64,000 bases of DNA from Kiritimatiellia bacterium (GTDB taxonomy: Bacteria; Verrucomicrobiota; Kiritimatiellia; RFP12; JBMNHG01): positions 293,167 to 357,166 of the forward strand of contig JBMNHG010000006.1 in NCBI GenBank assembly GCA_050950285.1, written 5' to 3'. A program made the translations under genes and the position numbers. The notes under the pieces were generated by a model that saw only the letters and a program-made list of their open reading frames with translations, was not told where the DNA came from and did no database searches. This document shows positions 9,571 to 18,321 of the stretch, one piece after another. Within the stretch, counting starts at the first letter, position 1, and every line of letters starts with the position of its first letter.

Positions 9571-11553
9571 CCCGCACTGCGAAATATCGAACGGCACAAA
9601 GCCCATGGCCAGCGCCGGGGAGTCGGGACGCAGGCGGAAGTCGCCGCGCTGCGGATCGACAAACAACGGATCGGCCATGACGCCCTGCGGATCGTTCTCC
9701 CGATGCCACCCATCCCATTGATTTTCGTCATTATCGCAGCCGAACTGCGGCTGTCCGGACTCGCACCAATAGAGGTTGCGGTGGAAGCGGGTCTGGCGCG
9801 GCGTCCAGCGATCCGGGCCGACGTTGCGGAAAAACGGCTTGCCGTCGCTCAGCAGGATGTTGCGCTCGAAGGTGACGCCGACGTGGTCCTCCTGCGCGCT
9901 GTAGGCCAGCACCGATTCGCCGCCATAGGCCAGGATATTGTTGCGCACCACATTGTTGCGCCCGTAGTGCTGGTGGAAGGGCTCCCTGTTGGCGCGGTAG
10001 CAGAGGTTGGACTCGATCAGCACATCGCTGGAGCCTTCGTCGGTGTAGGCGCACCAGCCGCCATAGCGCCGGCAGACAATGTCGTGGATGTGGTTGTACC
10101 GCAGCCGCGTGCCGGCCGCATGGCCCAACAGATAGATGCCGCCCATATCGGAGAGCAGCCCTTTGCCGATGTCGTGGATGTGGTTCCACTCGATCAGGTT
10201 GCCGTAGCCGTCGCTCTCGGCATAGCCCCAGTTCCAGCCCGCCGAGATGCCGGAATAGTAGAGGTCGTGGATGTGGTTGTGCTCGATGCGGTTGCCGCTC
10301 GAACGTCCGATCAGCACGCCTACGCCGGCCGGGTAGACGTGTCCGCCATCGCCGATGTCGCAATCGGTGACCACGTTGCGGCGGCAGCCGTGCCAGATGC
10401 GCACCCCGCCCGCCCCCATGTCGCGCAGCTCGCAATGTTCCAGCGCGACCTCGACGCTGCCGCGGTCGATCTCCACGGCGTAGGTGTTGCTGTGCAGCAC
10501 GCGGCAGCCGCGGAACACGCAGGTATCGGCACGGTGCAGGATCAGCGCGCCCGGCACCTCGTGCGAGGCCTGGTTGGAGTCGGCGAAGCCGTCCGGCTCG
10601 CGCCACTCGTTGTGCGCGAAGGTGAGTCCCTCGAAGCGGATGTTGGAGGCGCCGTCGATCCGCAGCAGGGTCTCGAGATGCGGCGCCACAAACTCGGTGG
10701 TAGATGGCTCCTCGCCGGGCATCGGCATGTAGTAGAGCGTGCCGGTCGGGCGGTCGAGGTACCACTCGCCGGGCTCGCTCAAGGCTTCAAAGACATTCTC
10801 CAGCCGGAAATCGACGCCATCGCCCTCGGCCCAGGCGAGGCGGATGGTGGAATTGCGGTCGAACCAGGCAATGCGTTCCACCTCGTCCACCGTGGTCAGC
10901 CGCGCGCGCGGCGCGACCCACCAGCCGAAGAACTGCACCTCGACGTCACGGAGGTTGCGCCAGCCGGCGCTGATCTGGCCGGGCGCATAGCCGAAGCGGC
11001 AGGTGCCCTGACGCCCCGTCGAGCCCCAGGCGCCGTTGTAGCAGGCATCGAGGGCGCGTTCCACCTGCCATACGCCCTGCTTCGGCAGGCGCGGCCGCAG
11101 CCGTCGCCGGCCGTTGACCCAGAGCTGGCGGAAGTTCCAGCGTCCGTCGGCCACCTCCGGGATCGTCATGGCCCAGACCTTGCGGCCGTTGACGGTCTCC
11201 TCGCGCCAGGTGCCGGCGAGGCGCCGTCCGCCGCTGATGACCGGCGTTGCGCCGGGAGCGGCCGCCCACGTCACCGGCCAGGCGAGCGCGCGGGAGTTGG
11301 TCTTGCGCGGAAAACCGGAGTCTTGCGCCGTGAAGAGCAGCGGCTGCGCGAGTTCATAGACGCCATCATGCACCCAGACGCGGATTTCGGCGGGTTCCGT
11401 CATCGCCGCCCTGCACCGCCGCACGGCGGCCTGAGCGGCCTCGAAGGTGCGCAGCGGGCCGTCGGAGCGGTCGGCATTCGGTGCCGCCAGAGTTCCCGAC
11501 CAGGCGTCGTTGCCATCTAGAGAGACATGGAGTTCCAACTCGGGTTTTGTCAT
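9562..11553 (-). CDS. Right-handed beta-helix repeat protein, GH141-like candidate glycoside hydrolase
   Basis: LHVSLDGNDAWSG...DGPLRT, PVISGG, FRQLWVNG, ENVFEALSEPGEWYLD, NHIHD repeats, SDMGGIYLLG, YGGWCAYTDEGSS and C-terminal ADPLFVDP..GDFRL.PDSPAL.MGFVPFD. No clear signal peptide. Confidence 0.8.
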   Translation of the reverse strand: MTKPELELHVSLDGNDAWSGTLAAPNADRSDGPLRTFEAAQAAVRRCRAAMTEPAEIRVWVHDGVYELAQPLLFTAQDSGFPRKTNSRALAWPVTWAAAPGATPVISGGRRLAGTWREETVNGRKVWAMTIPEVADGRWNFRQLWVNGRRRLRPRLPKQGVWQVERALDACYNGAWGSTGRQGTCRFGYAPGQISAGWRNLRDVEVQFFGWWVAPRARLTTVDEVERIAWFDRNSTIRLAWAEGDGVDFRLENVFEALSEPGEWYLDRPTGTLYYMPMPGEEPSTTEFVAPHLETLLRIDGASNIRFEGLTFAHNEWREPDGFADSNQASHEVPGALILHRADTCVFRGCRVLHSNTYAVEIDRGSVEVALEHCELRDMGAGGVRIWHGCRRNVVTDCDIGDGGHVYPAGVGVLIGRSSGNRIEHNHIHDLYYSGISAGWNWGYAESDGYGNLIEWNHIHDIGKGLLSDMGGIYLLGHAAGTRLRYNHIHDIVCRRYGGWCAYTDEGSSDVLIESNLCYRANREPFHQHYGRNNVVRNNILAYGGESVLAYSAQEDHVGVTFERNILLSDGKPFFRNVGPDRWTPRQTRFHRNLYWCESGQPQFGCDNDENQWDGWHRENDPQGVMADPLFVDPQRGDFRLRPDSPALAMGFVPFDISQCGPR

Positions 11554-11791
11554 GGCTGATCGTACCGCAACATAGCTCACGTTGTCTTGCGGGCAATGCC
11601 GGCCGGCAGCCTATCGCGGCAGTCCGGCATCGCCACCCGTTCCACATCGGGGCATGGTAGTCGAAACACCCCATCCGGTCAAGGTGCGCTATCGTGAGCT
11701 ATTGTTTTGTCGCGCCAATGTTCAGGCTCTCTTTTGCGGCTCTCTTTTGCGTCTTGAAGAAGGGGTGCGGATATGGTTTACTTTTTCCTCC

Positions 11792-12670
11792 ATGAACATT
11801 CTCATCACCGGCGCGAACGGTCAACTCGGACGCGATTGCCAGCAGGTTCTGGGTGCGACACATTCGCTTTGCCCCGTGGATCTTCCGGATATCGACATTG
11901 CCGAGCCGTGTTCGGTTCGCGGATGGTTCGAGCGCTTCCGGCCCGACTGCGTCGTGAATTGTGCCGCATACACGCGCGTGGACGACGCGGAAAGCAACGC
12001 CGCACTCTGCGAGCGCGTGAATGCCCTGGGGCCGGCCGTCCTGGCGGATGCCTGTCGCGAGGCGGGCGCGAAACTGGTGCACATTTCCACCGACTACGTC
12101 TTCGACGGCACGCGCCCCGTGCCGAACCCTTACGTCGAAACGGACACGCCGAACCCGCAGAGCGTCTACGGGCGGACCAAACTCGCCGGCGAGGCGCCGG
12201 TTCTCGCGCTGCCGGAAGGGGCCGTGTTGCGGACGGCCTGGCTTTACGGCGCCAGCGGGGCGAACTTCCCCCGTACCATGCTCCGTCTCGCCTTGCGGAA
12301 TCCTCCGGCACCCCTCCGCGTGGTCGCCGACCAGTTCGGCTCGCCCACCTGGTCGGGGCGCCTGGCGCGCCAGATTGCGCGGCTGCTCGAGGATTTCCAT
12401 CCCGGCCTCTACCATGCGACCGCGCAAGGGTACTGCTCCTGGCACGATGTCGCCGTGCGTTTTCTCCGGGCCTGCGGGCTGGATGCGGAGCCGGCGGCGA
12501 TTTCCACGGCCGACTATCCCACTCCCGCGCGCCGCCCCTCCAATTCCATCCTCGACAACCATGCCCTGCGCGAGCGTGGCCTGGACGTGATGATTCCCTG
12601 GCAAGAGGACATCGACGCCTTCGCGAAACAGGTCGCGCCCGCCTGGATACAGGAGACAACCCATGCGTAA
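11792..12670 (+). CDS. rfbD: dTDP-4-dehydrorhamnose reductase
   Basis: MNILITGANGQLG, NCAAYTRVDDAE, ISTDYVFDG, YGRTKLAGE, DQFGSPT and YPTPARRP motifs. Confidence 0.95.
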   Translation: MNILITGANGQLGRDCQQVLGATHSLCPVDLPDIDIAEPCSVRGWFERFRPDCVVNCAAYTRVDDAESNAALCERVNALGPAVLADACREAGAKLVHISTDYVFDGTRPVPNPYVETDTPNPQSVYGRTKLAGEAPVLALPEGAVLRTAWLYGASGANFPRTMLRLALRNPPAPLRVVADQFGSPTWSGRLARQIARLLEDFHPGLYHATAQGYCSWHDVAVRFLRACGLDAEPAAISTADYPTPARRPSNSILDNHALRERGLDVMIPWQEDIDAFAKQVAPAWIQETTHA

Positions 12671-13757
12671 GTTCACCAACCTGCTCGTGACCGGCGGCGC
12701 CGGCTTCATCGGGTCCAACTTCATCCGCTACCTCTTCGAGAAGACGGATTTCGCCGGACGCATCATCAACTTCGACGCCCTCACCTACGCGGGGAACCCC
12801 GAATCGCTCGCGGATGTCGCGGCGGCGTATGGCAAGCGCTACGTCTTCGTGCATGCGGACATCCGCGACCCCGACGCCGTCCGCAAGGCCTTCGCGGACT
12901 ATGCGGTGGACGGCGTGGTCCACTTCGCCGCGGAGTCGCACGTGGATCGTTCGATCGTCTCGCCGGACGACTTCGTCCAGACGAACATCGTCGGCACCTT
13001 CCATCTCCTGCAAGCCGCGCGCGAGACCGGCGACCGGCTCGTGCTCTTCCACCACATCTCCACCGACGAAGTCTTCGGCTCGCTCGGGGCCGACGGCTAT
13101 TTCAGCGAGACCACGCCCTACCAGCCCCATTCGCCCTACTCGGCGTCGAAGGCCGGCTCCGACCACCTCGTCCGCGCCTATCACGACACCTACGGCCTGC
13201 CGGTCACCCTCTCGAACTGCTCCAACAACTACGGCCCCTACCAGTTCCCCGAGAAGCTCGTCCCGCTGATGATCCTCAACGCCCTCGAAGGCAAGCCCCT
13301 CCCCGTCTACGGCGAAGGCCTGAACGTGCGCGACTGGCTGCACGTCGAAGACCACTGCTCGGCCATCTGGACGGTGATGACCCGCGCCGCCCTCGGCTCC
13401 ACCTACTGCGTGGGCGGGCGCTGCGAGCTGCGGAACATCGACGTCGTAAGGAAAATCTGCGCGCTCGTGGACAAGCTTGCCCCGCCGCTTCCCTCCGGCG
13501 CCCCCCGCGAATCGCTCGTCACCTACGTGGCCGACCGCCTCGGCCACGACTACCGCTACGCCATCGACTGCTCGAAGCTCGAAAACGACTTCGGCTGGAA
13601 GCAAACCCGCACCGCCGATTCCGGCTTCGAGGAAACCGTGGAGTGGTACCTCGCGAACCGGGTCTGGGTCGACTCCGTCCGGTCCGGCGACTACCTCACC
13701 TGGATCGAGCGCAACTACGGCAACCGCCAGGCCGATTCCGGGAAGGACGTCCGGTGA
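12663..13757 (+). CDS. rfbB: dTDP-glucose 4,6-dehydratase
   Basis: VTGGAGFIGSNF, HFAAESHVDRSI, STDEVFG, SPYSASKA, NCSNNYGPYQFPEKL and DRLGHDYRY motifs. Confidence 0.97.
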   Translation: MRKFTNLLVTGGAGFIGSNFIRYLFEKTDFAGRIINFDALTYAGNPESLADVAAAYGKRYVFVHADIRDPDAVRKAFADYAVDGVVHFAAESHVDRSIVSPDDFVQTNIVGTFHLLQAARETGDRLVLFHHISTDEVFGSLGADGYFSETTPYQPHSPYSASKAGSDHLVRAYHDTYGLPVTLSNCSNNYGPYQFPEKLVPLMILNALEGKPLPVYGEGLNVRDWLHVEDHCSAIWTVMTRAALGSTYCVGGRCELRNIDVVRKICALVDKLAPPLPSGAPRESLVTYVADRLGHDYRYAIDCSKLENDFGWKQTRTADSGFEETVEWYLANRVWVDSVRSGDYLTWIERNYGNRQADSGKDVR

Positions 13758-14323
13758 CCCATAGCATCCTCCTCTGCGGCGTCGGCGGACAGGGGATTTT
13801 GCTCGCCGCGAAGATTATCGGGACCGCCGCCGGGCGCGCGGGGCTCGAGGTCTGCACCCACGAAATCCACGGCATGGCCCAGCGCGGGGGATCCGTCCGC
13901 GCCCAGATCAAGTTCGGCGGGAAGGTCCACAGCCCCCTCATCCTGGAAGGCACGGCGTCCGTCCTGGCCTCGCTCGAACGCATCGAGGCGCTCCGTTGCG
14001 CCCACTTCCTCCGCCCCGGCGGCCTTGCCGTGGTGTCGAAGCAAAGCATCGTGCCGGTGACCGTCTCCAGCGGGCTGGCGACCTACCCTGCCGACGTCGA
14101 CGACCGTCTCGTCCGGACCTTCCCGAAGCTGAAACTCTTCGACTGTGCCTCGAAGGCGGTCGAGATGGGCGATGCCCGTCTCGCCAACACCATCCTCGTG
14201 GGGATGCTCTCCACCGGACTTCCACTGGACGAAGCGCTGTGGAACGAAGCCATCTCCGCCTGCGTCAAACCCGCTTTCCGCGACGCCAACCTCGCCGCAT
14301 TCGCCTTCGGCCGCAGCCTCTGA
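13754..14323 (+). CDS. iorB: Indolepyruvate ferredoxin oxidoreductase beta subunit
   Basis: GTG start overlaps the rfbB stop (GTGA); ILLCGVGGQGILL and EIHGMAQRGGSV motifs. Confidence 0.9.
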   Translation: MTHSILLCGVGGQGILLAAKIIGTAAGRAGLEVCTHEIHGMAQRGGSVRAQIKFGGKVHSPLILEGTASVLASLERIEALRCAHFLRPGGLAVVSKQSIVPVTVSSGLATYPADVDDRLVRTFPKLKLFDCASKAVEMGDARLANTILVGMLSTGLPLDEALWNEAISACVKPAFRDANLAAFAFGRSL

Positions 14324-14361
14324 CACTGCCGGGCCCAGGCCATCGAATTCCATTGAACGCC

Positions 14362-16137
14362 ATGCGAACACTGCTTTCCGGGAATGAAGCCATCGCGCGC
14401 GGAGCCTTCGAAGGGGGCGTCACGGCCGCCTTCGGCTATCCCGGCACCCCGTCCACCGAAATCCTCGAAACCCTCGCGCACTACAAGGACCGGGGCGTCT
14501 ACGCGGAATGGTCTCCCAACGAGAAGGTCGCGATGGAGGCCGCCGCCGGCGCGTCCATCGCCGGCGCGCGGACGCTGGTCGCCATGAAACTCGTGGGGCT
14601 CAACGTGGCCGCCGACCCGCTGATGACGCTCTCGTACATCGGCGTCGTGGGCGGGATGGTGGTGGTGGTCGCGGACGACCCGGGGCAGGATTCCTCGCAA
14701 ACCGAGCAGGACACCCGCCACTACGCGCGGCTCGCGAAGATTCCCGTCCTGGAGCCCGGGAATGCGGCCGAGGCGCGCGACTTCGTGGTGGAAGGCTTCG
14801 AGCTCTCGGAGAAGTACCGCTGCCCCGTCATCCTCCGCACCACCACCTGCGTGGCCCATTCGCGCTGCCTCGTGGACGAGCGCGAGCCGCGCCCCCGGAA
14901 CGTCACGCGCTTCGAGCGCAACGTGCCGCAGTTCGTCCCGTTGCCCGTCTACGGGCGCAAGCTCCGCGCGAAGGTGGAGGAGCGTCTCGACGCCCAGGCC
15001 CTGGACGCCGCGCGATCGGACTTCAACCGCATCGAACGGCGCGGCTCCGAACTGGGCATCGTCTCGCACGGCGTCACCGCCCTCCACTGCCTCGAGCAGT
15101 TCCCCGATGCCTCGGTGCTGCGCATCGGCTGGGGGTTCCCCTTCCCCGACGAACTCTTCCGCTCCTTCGCGGCGTCCGTCCGGCGCCTGCTCGTGATCGA
15201 GGAGGGCGACCCCATCCTGGAGGAGCACATCCTTTCGCTGGGCATCGCCTGCGAAGGCAAGCGCAACGGCCTCGTCCCGCGCTGCGGGGAACTCTCCCCC
15301 TCGAGGATCCACGCCATCCGCCAGGCCATCTTCGGGAAAGAGGCCGTGCCCGACCTGCCGACGCCCGTCGAAGCCGCCGCCGACCTCCCCGCCCGCCCGC
15401 CGATGCTCTGCCCCGGCTGCCCGCACCGCGGTCTCTTTCTCGCGCTCGCCCGCTTCGACGTGGTGGTGAGCGGCGACATCGGCTGCTACAGCCTGGGCGC
15501 CTTCCCCCCGCTCAACCGCACCGACACCATCCTCTGCATGGGCGGCGGCTTCACCATGGCCCACGGGATGCAGAAGGCCGGCGAGCCCCGCAAGGTCGTC
15601 GGCATCGTCGGCGACTCCACCTTCTTCCACTCCGGCATCACCGGGCTGCTCGACGTGGTCTACAACCAGGGCGTCTCGACCCTCGTCGTGGCCGACAACC
15701 GGATCACCGCGATGACCGGCCACCAGGATCACCCCGGAACCGGGACGACCCTCCTCGGCGAACCCACCCGCGCCGCGTCCATCGAGGCCATCGCCCGCGC
15801 CTGCGGCATGGAGCGGATTCGCGTGGTGAACCCCTACGACCAAGAGGAAACCGTGAAGGCGCTGCGCGAAGAACTCGAGGCGGATGCGCCGTCGCTCGTC
15901 ATCTCCCGGGCCCCCTGCCCCCTCCACCTCCGCAAGCGGCTCGGCCCGGCGCGAACCATCGACCCCGCGAAGTGCCGGAACTGCAAAGCCTGCCTCCGGT
16001 GCGGCTGCCCCGCCATCGAAGTGCTGGACGGCGGACGCCCCCGCATCAACCCCGCCGCCTGCAACGGATGCTCCCTGTGCGACCGCCTCTGCGCGTTCGG
16101 CGCAATCCATCGCGACCTTCCCGGACTCCCGACATGA
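14362..16137 (+). CDS. iorA: Indolepyruvate ferredoxin oxidoreductase alpha subunit
   Basis: LLSGNEAIARGA, YPGTPSTEI, NEKVAME, RPPMLCPGCPHR, GDIGCYSLG, GDSTFFHSG and two C-terminal 4Fe-4S motifs. Confidence 0.95.
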   Translation: MRTLLSGNEAIARGAFEGGVTAAFGYPGTPSTEILETLAHYKDRGVYAEWSPNEKVAMEAAAGASIAGARTLVAMKLVGLNVAADPLMTLSYIGVVGGMVVVVADDPGQDSSQTEQDTRHYARLAKIPVLEPGNAAEARDFVVEGFELSEKYRCPVILRTTTCVAHSRCLVDEREPRPRNVTRFERNVPQFVPLPVYGRKLRAKVEERLDAQALDAARSDFNRIERRGSELGIVSHGVTALHCLEQFPDASVLRIGWGFPFPDELFRSFAASVRRLLVIEEGDPILEEHILSLGIACEGKRNGLVPRCGELSPSRIHAIRQAIFGKEAVPDLPTPVEAAADLPARPPMLCPGCPHRGLFLALARFDVVVSGDIGCYSLGAFPPLNRTDTILCMGGGFTMAHGMQKAGEPRKVVGIVGDSTFFHSGITGLLDVVYNQGVSTLVVADNRITAMTGHQDHPGTGTTLLGEPTRAASIEAIARACGMERIRVVNPYDQEETVKALREELEADAPSLVISRAPCPLHLRKRLGPARTIDPAKCRNCKACLRCGCPAIEVLDGGRPRINPAACNGCSLCDRLCAFGAIHRDLPGLPT

Positions 16138-16871
16138 CGCACGTTCTCGTTCCTCTCGCCTGCCTCCTCCTGCTCGGCCCCGCCTTCGCTTCCGCCCAGG
16201 AGGCGAACCCCGCCGACGCCCGCCTCCCCGACGCCCGCCTCCTGCTGGCCAACGCCATCGCCGTGCTTCCCCGCGAGCCCATCACGCTGGACGGCTCGCT
16301 CGCCGTCCGCCGGGAGCGCGGGAAGGTCCTGGCCGAACGCAACTACCGGATGACCCTCGATTTCGGCGCCGTGCCGCCACGCGCCGCCTACGAATTGCGC
16401 GATGCCTTCGGGAACCTCACGGAGCGGCTGGAGGTCACCCGCGAAGGCCCCGTCGCCAGCCTCGCCCTTTTCCGCGGAGACCCGCCCGAACCCGCGCCCA
16501 CGCCCGCGCTCAACGCCCGCGTCTCCACCACCGACGTCACCTGGATGGATCTCACCCTCGACTTCCTCTGGTGGACCGACGCCCGCTGCGAAGGCGAGGA
16601 CAGCGTGAAGGGCCGCGACTGCTACGTGGTGGTCGCCGCGCCGCCCGAGCCCATCCCCGGCTGCACCGCCGTACGCCTCTGGCTCGACAAGGAGGTCGGC
16701 TTCCTCCTGCGCGCCGAACAACTCGACCCGCAAGGCGAACCCTCGCGCCGCATGTGGGTGCGAAGCGTCAAGCAAGTGCGCGAACGATGGATCATCGGCA
16801 CGATGGAGATCGACACCGTGAAAAGCAACCATCGCACCCGCTTGCGCGTGGAGGACTGGAACACTCCATGA
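16134..16871 (+). CDS. Secreted LolA-like (outer-membrane lipoprotein-sorting family) protein
   Basis: ATGA overlap with the iorA stop; signal peptide; TDVTWMDL, GEDSVKGRDCYVV and RLWLDKE are typical of LolA-like folds. Confidence 0.65.
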   Translation: MTHVLVPLACLLLLGPAFASAQEANPADARLPDARLLLANAIAVLPREPITLDGSLAVRRERGKVLAERNYRMTLDFGAVPPRAAYELRDAFGNLTERLEVTREGPVASLALFRGDPPEPAPTPALNARVSTTDVTWMDLTLDFLWWTDARCEGEDSVKGRDCYVVVAAPPEPIPGCTAVRLWLDKEVGFLLRAEQLDPQGEPSRRMWVRSVKQVRERWIIGTMEIDTVKSNHRTRLRVEDWNTP

Positions 16872-18217
16872 ACATCGCCAGCCTCGTCCTCGAGCTCGTC
16901 GTCCTCGTCGTCCTCTTCGCCCTTTCGGCCTTCTTCTCGAGCGCCGAATCCATCTTCCTCTCGCTCAGCGCCGTCGCCCTGCGGCGCCTGCGCGAGAAGG
17001 ACGCCCGCAGCGCCGAGCGCGTGGCCCTCCTCCAGGCCGATCCGAACCGACTCATCTCCACCGTGCTCGTGGGCAACACCCTCGTGAACGTCGCCATTGC
17101 CTCGCTCGGCTACTCCGTGATCTCGCGCTTCTGCCCCTGGAACGCTTCGCTGGTCTCGGTGCTCGTCATCACCACCCTCCTGCTCCTCTTCGGCGAAGTC
17201 GGCCCCAAGCGCATCGCCCTCATCTACGCCGAACGCCTCGCCCCCCTCTACGTCGGGCCCGTCCTCTTCTTCGAACGCCTCCTCACCCCGCTCCGCCTCC
17301 TGCTCGAAGCCATCACCGACACCTTCTGCCACCTCTTCCATCCCGAGCGGCGCACCCTCAACGACGAGGAAATCCTCACCGCCGTCGAGGTCGGCACCGA
17401 GATGGGCGAGATCGACCGCGAGGAGTACTCGATGGTGGACGGCATCCTCCGCCTCTCGGAAATGCAGGCGCACGACGTGATGACCCCCCGCGTGGACCTC
17501 GAATGCCTCGACCTCGACGACCCCCCCGAGCGACACCTCGAACTCGCCCGCGCCACCTCCTTCTCCTACCTCCCCCTCTACCGCAAAACCCCCGATGCCA
17601 TCGAAGGCTTCCTCGACGTCGCGCGCTTCCTCCTCGACCCCGACCACGACTTCGACGACGCCACCCTCGACGCCCTCTTCGTGCCGGAGACCGCCACCCT
17701 CGACGACCTCCTCATCACCCTCCAGCGCGGCAACCACCACATCGCCATCGTCCTCGACGAATACGGCGGGACCGCCGGACTCCTCTCCCGCAGCGACATC
17801 CTCGAGATCGTCACCGACGACGTGCCCGACTCCCCCGACGACGACATCCCGGAAATCCGCCCCGTCGGCCCGCGCAAGTGGGAGATCGACGGCGACACCT
17901 CGCTCGAGGAGATCAACCACGAGCTCGACCTCGATCTCGAGGACGACGGCGCCGACCGCATCGGCGGATGGGTCACCGCCCAGGCGGGGCGCTTCCTGGG
18001 CCCCGGCGAGGAGGTCGAGTCGCAGGGCGTGCGCGTGCGCGTGCTCCGGAAGCGGAAGGTCCGCATCCGCTCGGTGCTCCTCGAAATCCTCGACCGCCCC
18101 ACCGCCGACCAGGCCCAGGAAAGCGCCGATCTGGCCGACAACGAGATTCCCGCCGACCCGCTCCTCTCCGGCGGAGAGTCCCCGGCCGCCCGGAAGCGGC
18201 GCGGCAGCCTGCCGTGA
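16868..18217 (+). CDS. CNNM (DUF21)-CBS-CorC 'hemolysin family' membrane protein
   Basis: LSAFFSSAE, STVLVGNTLVN, LFGEVGPKRIA, VMTPRVD, FVPET and IVLDEYGGTAGL motifs, plus a C-terminal CorC-like domain. Confidence 0.92.
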   Translation: MNIASLVLELVVLVVLFALSAFFSSAESIFLSLSAVALRRLREKDARSAERVALLQADPNRLISTVLVGNTLVNVAIASLGYSVISRFCPWNASLVSVLVITTLLLLFGEVGPKRIALIYAERLAPLYVGPVLFFERLLTPLRLLLEAITDTFCHLFHPERRTLNDEEILTAVEVGTEMGEIDREEYSMVDGILRLSEMQAHDVMTPRVDLECLDLDDPPERHLELARATSFSYLPLYRKTPDAIEGFLDVARFLLDPDHDFDDATLDALFVPETATLDDLLITLQRGNHHIAIVLDEYGGTAGLLSRSDILEIVTDDVPDSPDDDIPEIRPVGPRKWEIDGDTSLEEINHELDLDLEDDGADRIGGWVTAQAGRFLGPGEEVESQGVRVRVLRKRKVRIRSVLLEILDRPTADQAQESADLADNEIPADPLLSGGESPAARKRRGSLP

Positions 18218-18262
18218 CGTCCGGCACGGGATGTCCGGCAGCCCGCAGTCTCCCGCCCCCCA

Positions 18263-18282
18263 AAAAACGGCGCGCCGTTTTT
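18263..18282. repeat. Perfect 20-bp palindrome AAAAACGGCGCGCCGTTTTT (dispersed family)
   Basis: Intergenic between convergent genes; same motif as at 2042 and 62382. Confidence 0.75.
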
Positions 18283-18321
18283 CCGCCGTTCCGCGGGAAC
18301 CCGCGGCGGCGGGGCGTCCCG

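Noticed and set aside
9363..9680. Druantia (DruA/DUF4338) anti-phage system
   Set aside because: Only a ~70-codon fragment is present, with no DruE helicase or other dru genes. An IS remnant is the simpler explanation.
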